64,000 nt of DNA from positions 224,001 to 288,000 of the forward strand of contig OY781945.1 in NCBI GenBank assembly GCA_963677435.1, in the 5' to 3' direction. A program made the translations under genes and the position numbers. Under the pieces are notes generated by a model. The model was not told the origin of the DNA. It saw nothing but the letters and a program-made list of their open reading frames with translations, and searched no databases. This document shows, in pieces, positions 30,996 to 40,247 of this stretch (the first letter of the stretch is position 1; each line of letters opens with the position of its first letter). This DNA is from an uncultured Aliarcobacter sp. (GTDB taxonomy: Bacteria > Campylobacterota > Campylobacteria > Campylobacterales > Arcobacteraceae).

Positions 30996-31240
30996 TCGTC
31001 ATCCTTTAATCTATCATTTTTTGCATCAATTAAAAATGCAATCTCTTCATAGTCGACTTCACCAAACTCTACCATGTTAAATAGAGCCATTAAAGGTCTT
31101 CTACAACAAGTCTGGCTACAGCCAGTAACAAGTTTTTTTGCTTTTTTATATGGTAAATCAGTATCTTCAAATATTTTTTGAGCTTGAATAATAGTCATTC
31201 CACCACATTCACAAATTTGTTTATCTTTTAAATTTTCCAT
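30992..31240 (-). CDS. Bfd-like [2Fe-2S] protein
   Basis: ICEC...TGCSQTCC. Confidence 0.7.
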   Translation of the reverse strand: MENLKDKQICECGGMTIIQAQKIFEDTDLPYKKAKKLVTGCSQTCCRRPLMALFNMVEFGEVDYEEIAFLIDAKNDRLKDDE

Positions 31241-31246
31241 TATATA

Positions 31247-31453
31247 CTACTTTAAGTATGGATGTTGTTCTTGAAACTCATTAACTATTTTCATTGCATT
31301 TTTAATATCTTCGCTTAATTTTGGTAATCTCACATAATCAGTCCAGATAGTGTCTTCAACGATGTCATGAACTTCACCTGCTAACTCAACAACTTTTCTT
31401 TTGTATTTAGCCAGCTCTTTTTTTAACTCTTTTTGCTCCGATGTTAATTCCAT
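31247..31453 (-). CDS. CCE_0567/DUF683-family nif-associated protein
   Basis: Helical 68 aa with EVHDIVED. Confidence 0.75.
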   Translation of the reverse strand: MELTSEQKELKKELAKYKRKVVELAGEVHDIVEDTIWTDYVRLPKLSEDIKNAMKIVNEFQEQHPYLK

Positions 31454-31462
31454 AATTACTCC

Positions 31463-32269
31463 TTAAATTGCGTATAAATTATCTAACACGATGTTTGGTT
31501 TTTCTCTCAAATACATAAGTTTAAAATCTCCATAGATTCTAAACTTATAGCTTTGATATAAATCAACTATCTCTTTTACATTTTTTGGAGCATATCCATA
31601 AATGCTTTTTAATCCACGATAATATAAAACCCCTCGTAAAAGCTTTTCAGCATCTAAAAAGGCTTCATTATCCATAATCCAAGGTGAGATTTTTATAAAT
31701 CTTTTGTTTACCACATAAGAGTGTAAAAATCCATATCCAGTAGAGAGTTTCAAAGAATTAGTAAAAACACAATCTGTTTTTAAATACTCTTCTCTATTTA
31801 AATTGAAAACTTTTTTATCAACTCTTTTTGCAACTTCTGAGTAGTGTTCACCACTTACTTGTTTTGCTGTTGAATTTGAAAAGTTAAAAGCAACAGATTC
31901 GCCTGAGTGCATAAATCTTAGAAAATCACTATAAGTTTTAAATCCTAATTCTTCCAACTGTTTACTTTTATCATTTTCAATTAAAACTAAAATATTTTCT
32001 TCAGGAAAATTTCTAAGCAACAAAGAGATTAATCTTTTTAAAACATCTTCATATTTACTTATCACATCAATCACATTTATATACAAATAGTTTTCAAAAA
32101 TATAAGCACTTAAAATGCCAACTATTTTTGAATCTTCATAGGCTGCAAAACAGTATTGAGGATAAACATGATATGTTTGTTTTAATAGTTCTAAATCAAA
32201 TAGAGGGTTTTCAATTAATAAATCCTCTAATGATTCTTCAAACCCATTTTTTAGATAGCCAATGAACAT
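31463..32269 (-). CDS. GNAT-like acetyltransferase-fold protein
   Basis: CFAAYEDSKIVG, tandem GNAT-like halves, LYQSYKF. Confidence 0.6.
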   Translation of the reverse strand: MFIGYLKNGFEESLEDLLIENPLFDLELLKQTYHVYPQYCFAAYEDSKIVGILSAYIFENYLYINVIDVISKYEDVLKRLISLLLRNFPEENILVLIENDKSKQLEELGFKTYSDFLRFMHSGESVAFNFSNSTAKQVSGEHYSEVAKRVDKKVFNLNREEYLKTDCVFTNSLKLSTGYGFLHSYVVNKRFIKISPWIMDNEAFLDAEKLLRGVLYYRGLKSIYGYAPKNVKEIVDLYQSYKFRIYGDFKLMYLREKPNIVLDNLYAI

Positions 32270-33363
32270 AGGTATAACTCTTTTAATTCATTTGTACTTA
32301 AAACTTTTTTTCTATTCGTTACAATTTCTCGAATTTGTGGAAGAATTTTTTGTACAATATCTATATCTGGATCAATTCCAACAGCTTTTAAATGATAAAT
32401 CAAAGTTGAACTTCCTGAGTGTTTTCCAATAGGAAAGGCTCTTTTTAAACCAACTTCATCAGGAGTAAAAGGCTCATATGCCTGATTTGATTTCATCATT
32501 CCATTTACATGAATCCCTGATTCATGTGAAAATATATTTCTACCAATAATTGGCAGATTTGTATCTATTCTTCTATTTGATGCGTTACTTACTGTTTTTA
32601 TAAGAGATTTTAAAGCTTTTGAATTAATATTAACTTCTTTTCCTAATAATCTCAAAGTCATTAATACCTGTTCAAAACAAGCATTTCCAGCTCTCTCACC
32701 AATACCAATAACTGTAGTATTAGAGCTGTATGCTCCTGCTTCATATCCTGCAATTGCATTTGCAGTAGCCATTCCAAAGTCATTGTGAGTGTGCATTTCT
32801 ATATCTAAAAGATTTGAAGAACTTAAATCTTTGATATTTTCATAAGTTTTATGAGGTGTTAAAATGCCAACAGTATCACAATATCTAAATCTATTTGCAC
32901 CAAGTTCATATCCTAATGTCATAATCTCTTTTAAAAAAGAGTTGTTCGCGCGACTTGAATCTTCTCCACCGATACAAACAAATAAATTTTCTTTTTTGGC
33001 TTGTAAAATTACCGTTTCTAGTTGTTTAAGTAATCTTGTTTTATCTCCACCAAATTTAATGTCAATCAAAATATCTGAAACAGGTATAGATAAGTCAACT
33101 GCTTTTAATCCACACTTTAAAGAGGCTTCTAAATCACTCATCGTAGCTCTATTCCAGCTCATTATTTGAATAGGTAAATTAAGAGCAAGAATCTCTTTTA
33201 AGTCATCTTGTTCTTTTTTACCCATTGCTGGAATTCCAACTTCTAGTTCATCTGCACCAGCTTCATATAAAAGCCTAGCAATTTGAAGTTTCTCTTTAGT
33301 GTTAAAAGCTACGTATGGTGTCTGTTCACCATCTCTTAAAGTTGTATCATTAATAATTGGCAT
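32251..33363 (-). CDS. nifV: Homocitrate synthase
   Basis: DTTLRDGEQ, EVGIPAMG, HTHNDFGMA, HESGIH, GKHSG. Confidence 0.95.
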   Translation of the reverse strand: MPIINDTTLRDGEQTPYVAFNTKEKLQIARLLYEAGADELEVGIPAMGKKEQDDLKEILALNLPIQIMSWNRATMSDLEASLKCGLKAVDLSIPVSDILIDIKFGGDKTRLLKQLETVILQAKKENLFVCIGGEDSSRANNSFLKEIMTLGYELGANRFRYCDTVGILTPHKTYENIKDLSSSNLLDIEMHTHNDFGMATANAIAGYEAGAYSSNTTVIGIGERAGNACFEQVLMTLRLLGKEVNINSKALKSLIKTVSNASNRRIDTNLPIIGRNIFSHESGIHVNGMMKSNQAYEPFTPDEVGLKRAFPIGKHSGSSTLIYHLKAVGIDPDIDIVQKILPQIREIVTNRKKVLSTNELKELYLCSLAI

Positions 33364-33396
33364 TATACTAACCTTTAATTTCGATATTAAAAGTTA

Positions 33397-33412
33397 TGCA
33401 AATAGTGTTCCG
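33397..33412 (-). promoter_or_regulatory. Sigma-54 -24/-12 promoter of the nifV operon
   Basis: CGGAACACTATTTGCA (GG-N10-GC). Confidence 0.85.
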
Positions 33413-33543
33413 AAGTAAGAGTTAAGGAAAAGAATTTGGTGAGGATTAGACTTAAAACTTATAAATTTTAGTTTTTAGACTTTAAGAATATATAAAATTT
33501 AATAAAATAATATTGAGTCATTTGAATAGTATGATAAAAAAAA

Positions 33544-33921
33544 CTATCTGATATCAAATTTTACAACTGGTTTACTACCATCTAAACATGACCAATTACC
33601 ACAAGTACCAATTATTATATTTTTCCTAGGATTAGCGCAATTTTGATTCTTTTTTAAAGTACTATCAATCAATTTCCTAGGTAAATAATCTATAGTTAGT
33701 GAATTCTTTATATAAAAATTTAAATCTTGTTCTTTTAAAAAAAGAAAAATTTCTTTTTGAAGCTCTTTTTTATTTTTATGCTCACAAAAATATTTTTTAG
33801 TTTCAATTGAAAGATTCTGATTATTTAGTTTATATATGTTTATTTCATTTTTCCAATTATCATATGAGAACAGTGAATTTGAAATAAAAGTTATTAGTAT
33901 TATAGATTTAATTAAATTCAT
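33544..33921 (-). CDS. Hypothetical exported protein
   Basis: Signal-like N-terminus, 4 Cys, very AT-rich. Confidence 0.6.
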   Translation of the reverse strand: MNLIKSIILITFISNSLFSYDNWKNEINIYKLNNQNLSIETKKYFCEHKNKKELQKEIFLFLKEQDLNFYIKNSLTIDYLPRKLIDSTLKKNQNCANPRKNIIIGTCGNWSCLDGSKPVVKFDIR

Positions 33922-33980
33922 CCTACTATTGTATATAATTATATATTTTTAATATCTTAAATAATTAAAAAAGGAAAGTA

Positions 33981-34526
33981 GTGAGTAGCAGTTTTAAATC
34001 CAACCTTGTAGTATTTGTGTTATTTTGCGCATTTGTTATTACATTTATATTTTCAAAACACTTTATTGTAAATGAAAATCTTTTTATTTTTAAATGGCAC
34101 TATATCGTTTCGTTTACAATTGGCATATTATTTTTAAAAAGTAGCTTTAAAGAAAATAACGAATTTAATAAAAAATTAAAGAATAAATATATTCAATTAT
34201 TTATATTAAGAGTAATAATGATAACAGGTATTCCATTTGTTATTCTTTTCTATATTGAAAAAACACTTTTTTTTCCTTTACATTTAATTTTTAAGAACAA
34301 AGAAATAATTGAAAAAAATGTAGTTATTATCAACAAAGAAATAATGGGAAGAAGTAAACTTAAATTTTTAGAGATAAATAGGGCAGATAAATTAACATTC
34401 TCAATTAAATTAGGTAGATTTAGTAAAGCCTATGATGATTTGAACATAGGTGATACAATGACATTAAGAGGCGAAAAATCTATTTTTGGATTCAGTGTTG
34501 AGGAAGTAAGTTATAAAAACAATTAA
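33981..34526 (+). CDS. Hypothetical membrane protein
   Basis: 3 TM segments, GTG start after AAGGA. Confidence 0.65.
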   Translation: MSSSFKSNLVVFVLFCAFVITFIFSKHFIVNENLFIFKWHYIVSFTIGILFLKSSFKENNEFNKKLKNKYIQLFILRVIMITGIPFVILFYIEKTLFFPLHLIFKNKEIIEKNVVIINKEIMGRSKLKFLEINRADKLTFSIKLGRFSKAYDDLNIGDTMTLRGEKSIFGFSVEEVSYKNN

Positions 34527-34543
34527 AAGATTTAATCTTCTAT

Positions 34544-34840
34544 TTAAACTATTCTATCTGCCCAATAATTTGGTTTTCTACTGTTATGCATAACTACAAT
34601 TATGAATATTTCTTCATTTGATTCTTTGTATATTATGGAAAAAGGGAATTTATTTAGGACATATCTTTTAAAATCATATTGATAATTAGCCCATGCATTT
34701 GGAAAGTTTTGAATAGCTTCAAAACCATTTTCTAATTCATATAAAAACTCTTTTCCTAATCCTTCAAGTTGCTTTTCATACCAACTATATGAGCCTTTAA
34801 TATCTATCGCAATTTCAGGGTGAAAAGATAATGGTTTCAT
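34544..34840 (-). CDS. RelE/ParE-family toxin
   Basis: FHPE...WYE...LG.EF...KFPFSIIY...VMHNSRKPNYW. Confidence 0.9.
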   Translation of the reverse strand: MKPLSFHPEIAIDIKGSYSWYEKQLEGLGKEFLYELENGFEAIQNFPNAWANYQYDFKRYVLNKFPFSIIYKESNEEIFIIVVMHNSRKPNYWADRIV

Positions 34841-34841
34841 T

Positions 34842-35063
34842 TTAAGATAAAACTTGTTGTTTTATTTGATTCCAATTTAGAGTTTGAACTTTTTTTGACT
34901 CTATTTCTTCAAATCTATTTTTAGCTATATCTGCCCAAAATTTATCAGAATTATTATCATGACTTTCATCCATAGATGCAATAAGAATTTTCATTAAATC
35001 ATTTTTTTCATTTATAGACAATATTTGTATATCTTGTAAAACTCTATTCATGATTTTTGTCAT
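34842..35063 (-). CDS. Putative addiction-module antitoxin
   Basis: LS..EK..L...L...W......R.......W; directly upstream of the toxin; start reset to ATG 35063. Confidence 0.85.
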   Translation of the reverse strand: MTKIMNRVLQDIQILSINEKNDLMKILIASMDESHDNNSDKFWADIAKNRFEEIESKKVQTLNWNQIKQQVLS

Positions 35064-35133
35064 TTTCAAATCCTTATAAAAAGTTAAATGATTCTAACAT
35101 TTTGGAGCAAAATTTGGTATAAAAATCTTTAAA

Positions 35134-35418
35134 TTATTCTAAAATTTCAAACTCATCAGCTTTAATAAACTCTAAATCTTTATCTAGTAATTTCTCATAA
35201 GAAAAAACAAAACAGCATGGTTTTGTAGTGATTTCTTTTTCAATAGTTAAAAATCTATCATAATCTCTTAGTGTCACAACTTTTTGTGCACGAAGATGTT
35301 TTAGTGGGAAACCAATAAAACCGTGTGAAGTGGTAATTGTGATTAGCTCCATTAGTTCATTATTTATTGAAATTGGGCCATTACCTTTTAGAAGTATTAC
35401 TGTAGGTTTTGTTTTCAT
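35134..35418 (-). CDS. Hypothetical protein, probably co-transcribed with nifB
   Basis: 94-aa ORF starting 10 bp after the nifB stop. Confidence 0.7.
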   Translation of the reverse strand: MKTKPTVILLKGNGPISINNELMELITITTSHGFIGFPLKHLRAQKVVTLRDYDRFLTIEKEITTKPCCFVFSYEKLLDKDLEFIKADEFEILE

Positions 35419-35428
35419 AAGTTAGGGA

Positions 35429-36877
35429 TTACCCTAACTCATGTTCAGTTTTTGAATCTTGCGAATAAAAATATTTTTGAACCGCTGCAAATACTGATTT
35501 TTCAATTGGTTGAAGGGCATAAGAATCGTCACAAATCAAGTTAATTGATTTTAATTCATCCATTGGGCATCCACCGATTTTTTCAGTTAATAATAAATCC
35601 ACATCTTTTAAAGTATTTTTAATATCTTCAATTGGATAAGAACCATCACAATCTTCAGGTCCTTTACAATATGGATTTTCAACTTTTCTGTGCATTACAA
35701 ATTTGATTGCTTTATCTCCAGCTTCGTAGATTAAGAACTCTTTAGCATTACCAAAGTGTAAGTTAATAGTTCCCTCACCAGCAGTTGTAACAGCTACAAG
35801 TTTAGTTTCACCTGTTGAACTCAATTGCTCTTTAGATGCTTGTGCAATTTTTACTTTTTCATTTGCAACTTCAAGAGCTGCTCTCCAGTTTTCAATAACT
35901 TGGTGTTTTTGTGCTCGTGCTGCAATATCATATTTTTTAGTTAAAGCATCCCAGTCCATTTTTACAAAAGTATCTTTTGTAAATTCATCCCCTCTATCTT
36001 CACCAATTAGTCCAACAGCATCAGCACGACACTGTCTACAGTGAGACATAAGTTTCATGTCCATTCCACAAGCTTCTTGAGCTGCCATTACTTCTTGGTC
36101 TGTTGCGCTTTCTTGCCCATTTAATCCATAATATGTACCAAATTCAGGTTTAGATAATAGAGGCATAATGTTATGTAAAAATACACCTAACTCTTTTAAT
36201 TTTTTAGCAACATTTGGTAACTCTTTGTCATTAACACCTGGAATTAAAACAGAGTTTGCTTTAACTAAAATTCCTCTTTCTGTTAACATCTTGATTCCCT
36301 CAAGTTGTCTTTGTAAAAGAATTTTTGCTGCTTCTTTTCCAAATACTTTTTTATGATTCCATAAAATCCATGGATATATTTTTGAACCAACTTCACCAGT
36401 TTCATCAACAGAGTTGATTGTAACTGTTACATGGTCAACATTATATTTTTGGATTTGGTCAATATAATCTGGTAACATAAGACCATTTGTAGATAAACAC
36501 ATTTTTAAATCTGGTGCTTTTTCATATAGCATTTTAAATGTTTTAAAAGTTTTTTCAGGGTTTGCTAATGCGTCACCAGGACCTGCGATTCCTACAACAG
36601 AAAGTTGTTGAATTTCTCCACCAACAAATAAAATCTTCTTAACAGCTTCTTCTGGTGATAATTTACCACTAGTTACACCTGGTCTACTCTCATTTGAACA
36701 ATCATATTTTCTATTACAGTAGTTACATTGAATATTACAAGCAGGTGCAACGGCAACATGTATTCTAGCGTAGTGCTGATGAGCACCTTCACTATAACAT
36801 GGGTGATTATTAATCTTTGCCATTACCTCTTCTTGGATTGATTCTTGAGAACTACTTGAAGTACACGAACAACTCAT
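35429..36877 (-). CDS. nifB: FeMo-cofactor biosynthesis radical SAM protein with NifX-like C-terminal domain
   Basis: HPC, CNIQCNYC, ESRPG, AGPGD, CRQCRADA, HFG; start reset to ATG 36877 after AAGGAG. Confidence 0.97.
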   Translation of the reverse strand: MSCSCTSSSSQESIQEEVMAKINNHPCYSEGAHQHYARIHVAVAPACNIQCNYCNRKYDCSNESRPGVTSGKLSPEEAVKKILFVGGEIQQLSVVGIAGPGDALANPEKTFKTFKMLYEKAPDLKMCLSTNGLMLPDYIDQIQKYNVDHVTVTINSVDETGEVGSKIYPWILWNHKKVFGKEAAKILLQRQLEGIKMLTERGILVKANSVLIPGVNDKELPNVAKKLKELGVFLHNIMPLLSKPEFGTYYGLNGQESATDQEVMAAQEACGMDMKLMSHCRQCRADAVGLIGEDRGDEFTKDTFVKMDWDALTKKYDIAARAQKHQVIENWRAALEVANEKVKIAQASKEQLSSTGETKLVAVTTAGEGTINLHFGNAKEFLIYEAGDKAIKFVMHRKVENPYCKGPEDCDGSYPIEDIKNTLKDVDLLLTEKIGGCPMDELKSINLICDDSYALQPIEKSVFAAVQKYFYSQDSKTEHELG

Positions 36878-36909
36878 AGATAACTCCTTATTTAAATTTA
36901 GAAATATAA

Positions 36910-36925
36910 TGCACATATTGTTCCA
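36910..36925 (-). promoter_or_regulatory. Sigma-54 promoter of nifB
   Basis: TGGAACAATATGTGCA. Confidence 0.85.
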
Positions 36926-36935
36926 CACGAATTTT

Positions 36936-36951
36936 AGGAATAGTAAATGCA
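36936..36951 (+). promoter_or_regulatory. Sigma-54 promoter of the 61-aa ORF
   Basis: AGGAATAGTAAATGCA. Confidence 0.7.
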
Positions 36952-36976
36952 AGTTTTTAGTAAAAAAGGATTCAAG

Positions 36977-37162
36977 ATGAGAATACAAGAAGAGATTAAA
37001 AAAGAGCTACTAAAAGAAGTGTATGGAAACATCGATAATATCTATGATTTTGTGAGTTTGAGATTTAGTCTTGACAAGCCATGTGATGAGGCAGTTATAA
37101 AAAAGTTGAATGAATTAAAAGATGTGATTTATAAAGTTTCAAGTTTGAGTGATTTAAATTAA
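36977..37162 (+). CDS. Small hypothetical protein (61 aa)
   Basis: AAGGA RBS, ATG 36977, own -24/-12 motif. Confidence 0.75.
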   Translation: MRIQEEIKKELLKEVYGNIDNIYDFVSLRFSLDKPCDEAVIKKLNELKDVIYKVSSLSDLN

Positions 37163-37234
37163 GATAAATAAGCGATGAGTACATGTTTTAGTTAAACCCC
37201 TGTAAAGTTTTATACTCATCGGTTATTCATCTTA
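37160..37234. repeat. 75-bp element with 22-bp imperfect inverted repeats between convergent genes
   Basis: TAAGATAAATAAGCGATGAGTA / TACTCATCGGTTATTCATCTTA, 20 of 22 complementary, 31-nt spacer. Confidence 0.65.
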
Positions 37235-37235
37235 T

Positions 37236-38474
37236 TTAATTCATATCTAATTCTATCATTTTCCCGTTTACAATTTCCGCAAATTCTCTACCAAATTCGA
37301 AACAATCTTCTAATTCTTTTTTTGTAGGTATTAATTTTATCTTCATAGGTTCAATCGGTGGAACTCTAAAATGTAAAGATTTCATTCTATCAAGAATCAT
37401 ATTAACAGCTTCTCCACTCCAACCATAAGAGCCAAAGGCCATTCCTGTTTTTCCTCTTTTTTCCAAGTACATCATACAAGAGAGCAAATCCCAAACTGGT
37501 TTTGGAGCATCTGCATTTATTGTTGGTGTTCCTATTAATATTCCATCGCTTTCTTCTAGAATATCAATCATGTTTTGTTCTTCAATTGAAGCTAAATCAT
37601 ATAAACTAGCTCTTATTGTTTTTATACTTTCTGCACCATCAAAAATAGCATCTGCCATATCTCTTGTATTTTTATAACTTGTTAGATAAAAAATAGAGAT
37701 AATTTTGTTGTTCTCTTTAATATTTTCAGGTCTAGCTAAACTCCATTTTCTATAAAGTTCAATATATTTATATGGTTTTTCCCTAATAATTGGACCATGT
37801 AAAGTAGCTATCATCTTTATATCTAGTTTATCATATAACTTTAGCGCACTTAAAACATAAGATTTAAAAGGTCTCATTATATGGTCATAGTAATACTTAA
37901 ATGAGTAAGAAAAATCTCCAACTAAATCATCAAAAAGTCTTTTATCATAATAGTGACTTCCAAAAACATCTCCACTAAATAAAAGAGAATCTTCAACAAC
38001 ATAAGAGCTCATTGTCTCTGGCCAATGTAAATATGGAGTTGTTAAAAATCTAATTGTTTTATCACCCAAAGTTAAACTTTTATTTGTCCAAACTGTTTCA
38101 AAATCAATGTTTTCATTGTTTGTAATTGCTTTTAACATTGGTGTTGCTTGGGGTGAGATTAAAACTTTTGCATTTGGAACTCTTTTGATTAACTCAGGAA
38201 TTGCTCCTGCATGATCTGGTTCTAAATGGTGACAAAGTACATACTTTATTTCATCATAAGAACAAAGTTGTTCTATTTTTGAAAAAAATTCTTTTTCAAA
38301 ACCCAACTTTACAGTATCAACAATAATAACACCTTCCGTTGTTTTTATTAAGTAGGCATTATATGAAGAACCATTTGCTGTTTTCATGATAATATCAAAA
38401 GTTCTAATATCAGGGTCAAAAGCACCTATAAAAAATATATTATTTGCTATTTCTATTGGTTTTTTATGATTCAT
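37236..38474 (-). CDS. fprA: Flavodiiron protein (O2/NO reductase)
   Basis: HLEPDH, HWPE, SGDVFG, HG, AFGSYGWSGEA. Confidence 0.93.
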   Translation of the reverse strand: MNHKKPIEIANNIFFIGAFDPDIRTFDIIMKTANGSSYNAYLIKTTEGVIIVDTVKLGFEKEFFSKIEQLCSYDEIKYVLCHHLEPDHAGAIPELIKRVPNAKVLISPQATPMLKAITNNENIDFETVWTNKSLTLGDKTIRFLTTPYLHWPETMSSYVVEDSLLFSGDVFGSHYYDKRLFDDLVGDFSYSFKYYYDHIMRPFKSYVLSALKLYDKLDIKMIATLHGPIIREKPYKYIELYRKWSLARPENIKENNKIISIFYLTSYKNTRDMADAIFDGAESIKTIRASLYDLASIEEQNMIDILEESDGILIGTPTINADAPKPVWDLLSCMMYLEKRGKTGMAFGSYGWSGEAVNMILDRMKSLHFRVPPIEPMKIKLIPTKKELEDCFEFGREFAEIVNGKMIELDMN

Positions 38475-38829
38475 TTTCTAATAACCTTCTCATCCATATT
38501 GGAGGATTAGATCTCATTTTTATAAGTAAATTAAGAATATCTTCAATCTTTTCATTTTCTTTAGCTGATTGCATAGGGAAAATTTTACAAGCTTGAACCA
38601 TTCTTGAAGCCTTTGGGCCAATTTGTTGTACATATAAAATGTCACTATCTTCCAAACATTCTATTTTGTAAGTTAACTTCTCAATTTCATCTGAAATTTC
38701 AATTGAAGAATCAATACTTTTTACAAAATTGTAAGAATCTTCTATGATTTCGTAGACATAAAACTCTTTGCACCAACCAAAATGTTGGTTAACATGAATA
38801 TTATCCGTTGATGCAAATGCGATTTTCAT
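38464..38829 (-). CDS. NifX/NifY-family FeMo-co-binding protein
   Basis: IAFASTD..VNQHFG, IGPKA, NPPIW. Confidence 0.85.
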   Translation of the reverse strand: MKIAFASTDNIHVNQHFGWCKEFYVYEIIEDSYNFVKSIDSSIEISDEIEKLTYKIECLEDSDILYVQQIGPKASRMVQACKIFPMQSAKENEKIEDILNLLIKMRSNPPIWMRRLLENES

Positions 38830-39794
38830 AATACATAAATCCTTACTCTTTTATCTATTACTTGCTCAATTGTACTTTTAATCATTTCATAAGTTCCAGT
38901 TGAAGCAATAGAACAACCAACACAAGCCCCTTGATATGCAAGTCTTAACTCAATTTCTGGCTCATTTAAATAATCAATTAAAATTAGGTTTCCACCATCT
39001 TTTTTCAAAATTGGTCTAATAAATCTCTCAAGAGCATCATTTATAATTTCAAGTTGATCTTCTAACTTTTTTGTTCTAAAGTTTTGATTTAATTCCCCAT
39101 CTTCTAAAGGTTTATCAACACCTGTTAACTGCACGGTTGCCATTACATGACCAGCCTTTGCAGCTTTTAACATACAGTCGAAACCTTCTTTTATTCCACT
39201 TAAATTTGTTCTATCTTTTAGTTGAATTAATGCAAGTCTAAATGCAGCTTGAATATGATCTTTTGCAACTGAGCGTCTGAAATAATCAACAGCTTTTTGA
39301 ATATCTTCTTCAACACCAATTTTTGTTTGGTACATTAATGCTAAATTAAAATTAGCAGAATCATTATCATAAGTACTTGCTTGTTCAAACCACTCTTTTG
39401 CTTTTGTATAATCTTTTTCAACACCTTCACCTTTTAAATACATCAAACCTAAGTTTGTCATTGCTTGGTCATTTTTTAATTTGGCTTCTTCAACCCAAAT
39501 ATCATGTGCTGTTTTAAAATCTTTGTTTTTATATGCATCAAGTGCCGCTCTATGTTCCATAAATCTTGTTCCTTCATTTGGGTTTGGAATTGGATTATTC
39601 AATTCTAATTGTTTTTGTAAATGCTTTTTCAAATACTCTTTTGCTAATAAAACAGCTTCATCATAATCTTCACTAGAAGCTTTTATATCAAAATCAATAT
39701 ATTCAACTAAATATGCATCACCAATCTCATTTTCTCCACTATAAACTTCAAGGGGATAATTTAATGATAAATAATAATCCAAATCTTTTTTCAT
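38826..39794 (-). CDS. HicB-like / Sel1-repeat / NifU C-terminal (Nfu) fusion protein
   Basis: DLDYYLSLNY...EEA-like...PIPNP; NLGLMYLKGEGVEKDY repeats; IRPILKKDGG...GACVGC. Confidence 0.8.
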   Translation of the reverse strand: MKKDLDYYLSLNYPLEVYSGENEIGDAYLVEYIDFDIKASSEDYDEAVLLAKEYLKKHLQKQLELNNPIPNPNEGTRFMEHRAALDAYKNKDFKTAHDIWVEEAKLKNDQAMTNLGLMYLKGEGVEKDYTKAKEWFEQASTYDNDSANFNLALMYQTKIGVEEDIQKAVDYFRRSVAKDHIQAAFRLALIQLKDRTNLSGIKEGFDCMLKAAKAGHVMATVQLTGVDKPLEDGELNQNFRTKKLEDQLEIINDALERFIRPILKKDGGNLILIDYLNEPEIELRLAYQGACVGCSIASTGTYEMIKSTIEQVIDKRVRIYVL

Positions 39795-39812
39795 CTATTA
39801 AAACCTACTTTT

Positions 39813-40193
39813 TTATTTTGCTTTGCAAGTACAAGCACTATTTCCTGAGTCTAAAAGTGTTGAACTATTCTCTTTTGTAACTTCAATACAATCACCAGTT
39901 GATAACTGCATATAAATCTCATCTATACTTAAATGAGTTTGTAAGCAGCTATAAACTTTCAAACCTTTTTCAATTAAATATTCATAAACCTTATCACCCA
40001 TATAATAAAAAATTGTGCTGTCGATATTTTGAGAAGAGACAAATTTTGCAGTATTAATCCCATCTCCACAGGCAGGATTTTCTACAACTTTAAAACTTCC
40101 CGTTTCTTCATCTAAAAAGGCAAAAAAGGCGCTGTTTCCATAAAGTTTAGAAATCTGCGTTGAGTCTTCATTATCCAATGGTATTGCTATCAT
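39813..40193 (-). CDS. NifB/NifX-family dinitrogenase cofactor protein
   Basis: MIAIP...ISKLYG...VVENP...MG. Confidence 0.75.
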   Translation of the reverse strand: MIAIPLDNEDSTQISKLYGNSAFFAFLDEETGSFKVVENPACGDGINTAKFVSSQNIDSTIFYYMGDKVYEYLIEKGLKVYSCLQTHLSIDEIYMQLSTGDCIEVTKENSSTLLDSGNSACTCKAK

Positions 40194-40223
40194 TTTAACT
40201 CCTTTTATTTATATTTTTATGTA

Positions 40224-40239
40224 TGCAAATAGTATTCCT
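40224..40239 (-). promoter_or_regulatory. Sigma-54 promoter of the 40193-fprA operon
   Basis: AGGAATACTATTTGCA. Confidence 0.85.
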
Positions 40240-40247
40240 TAGTAGTG

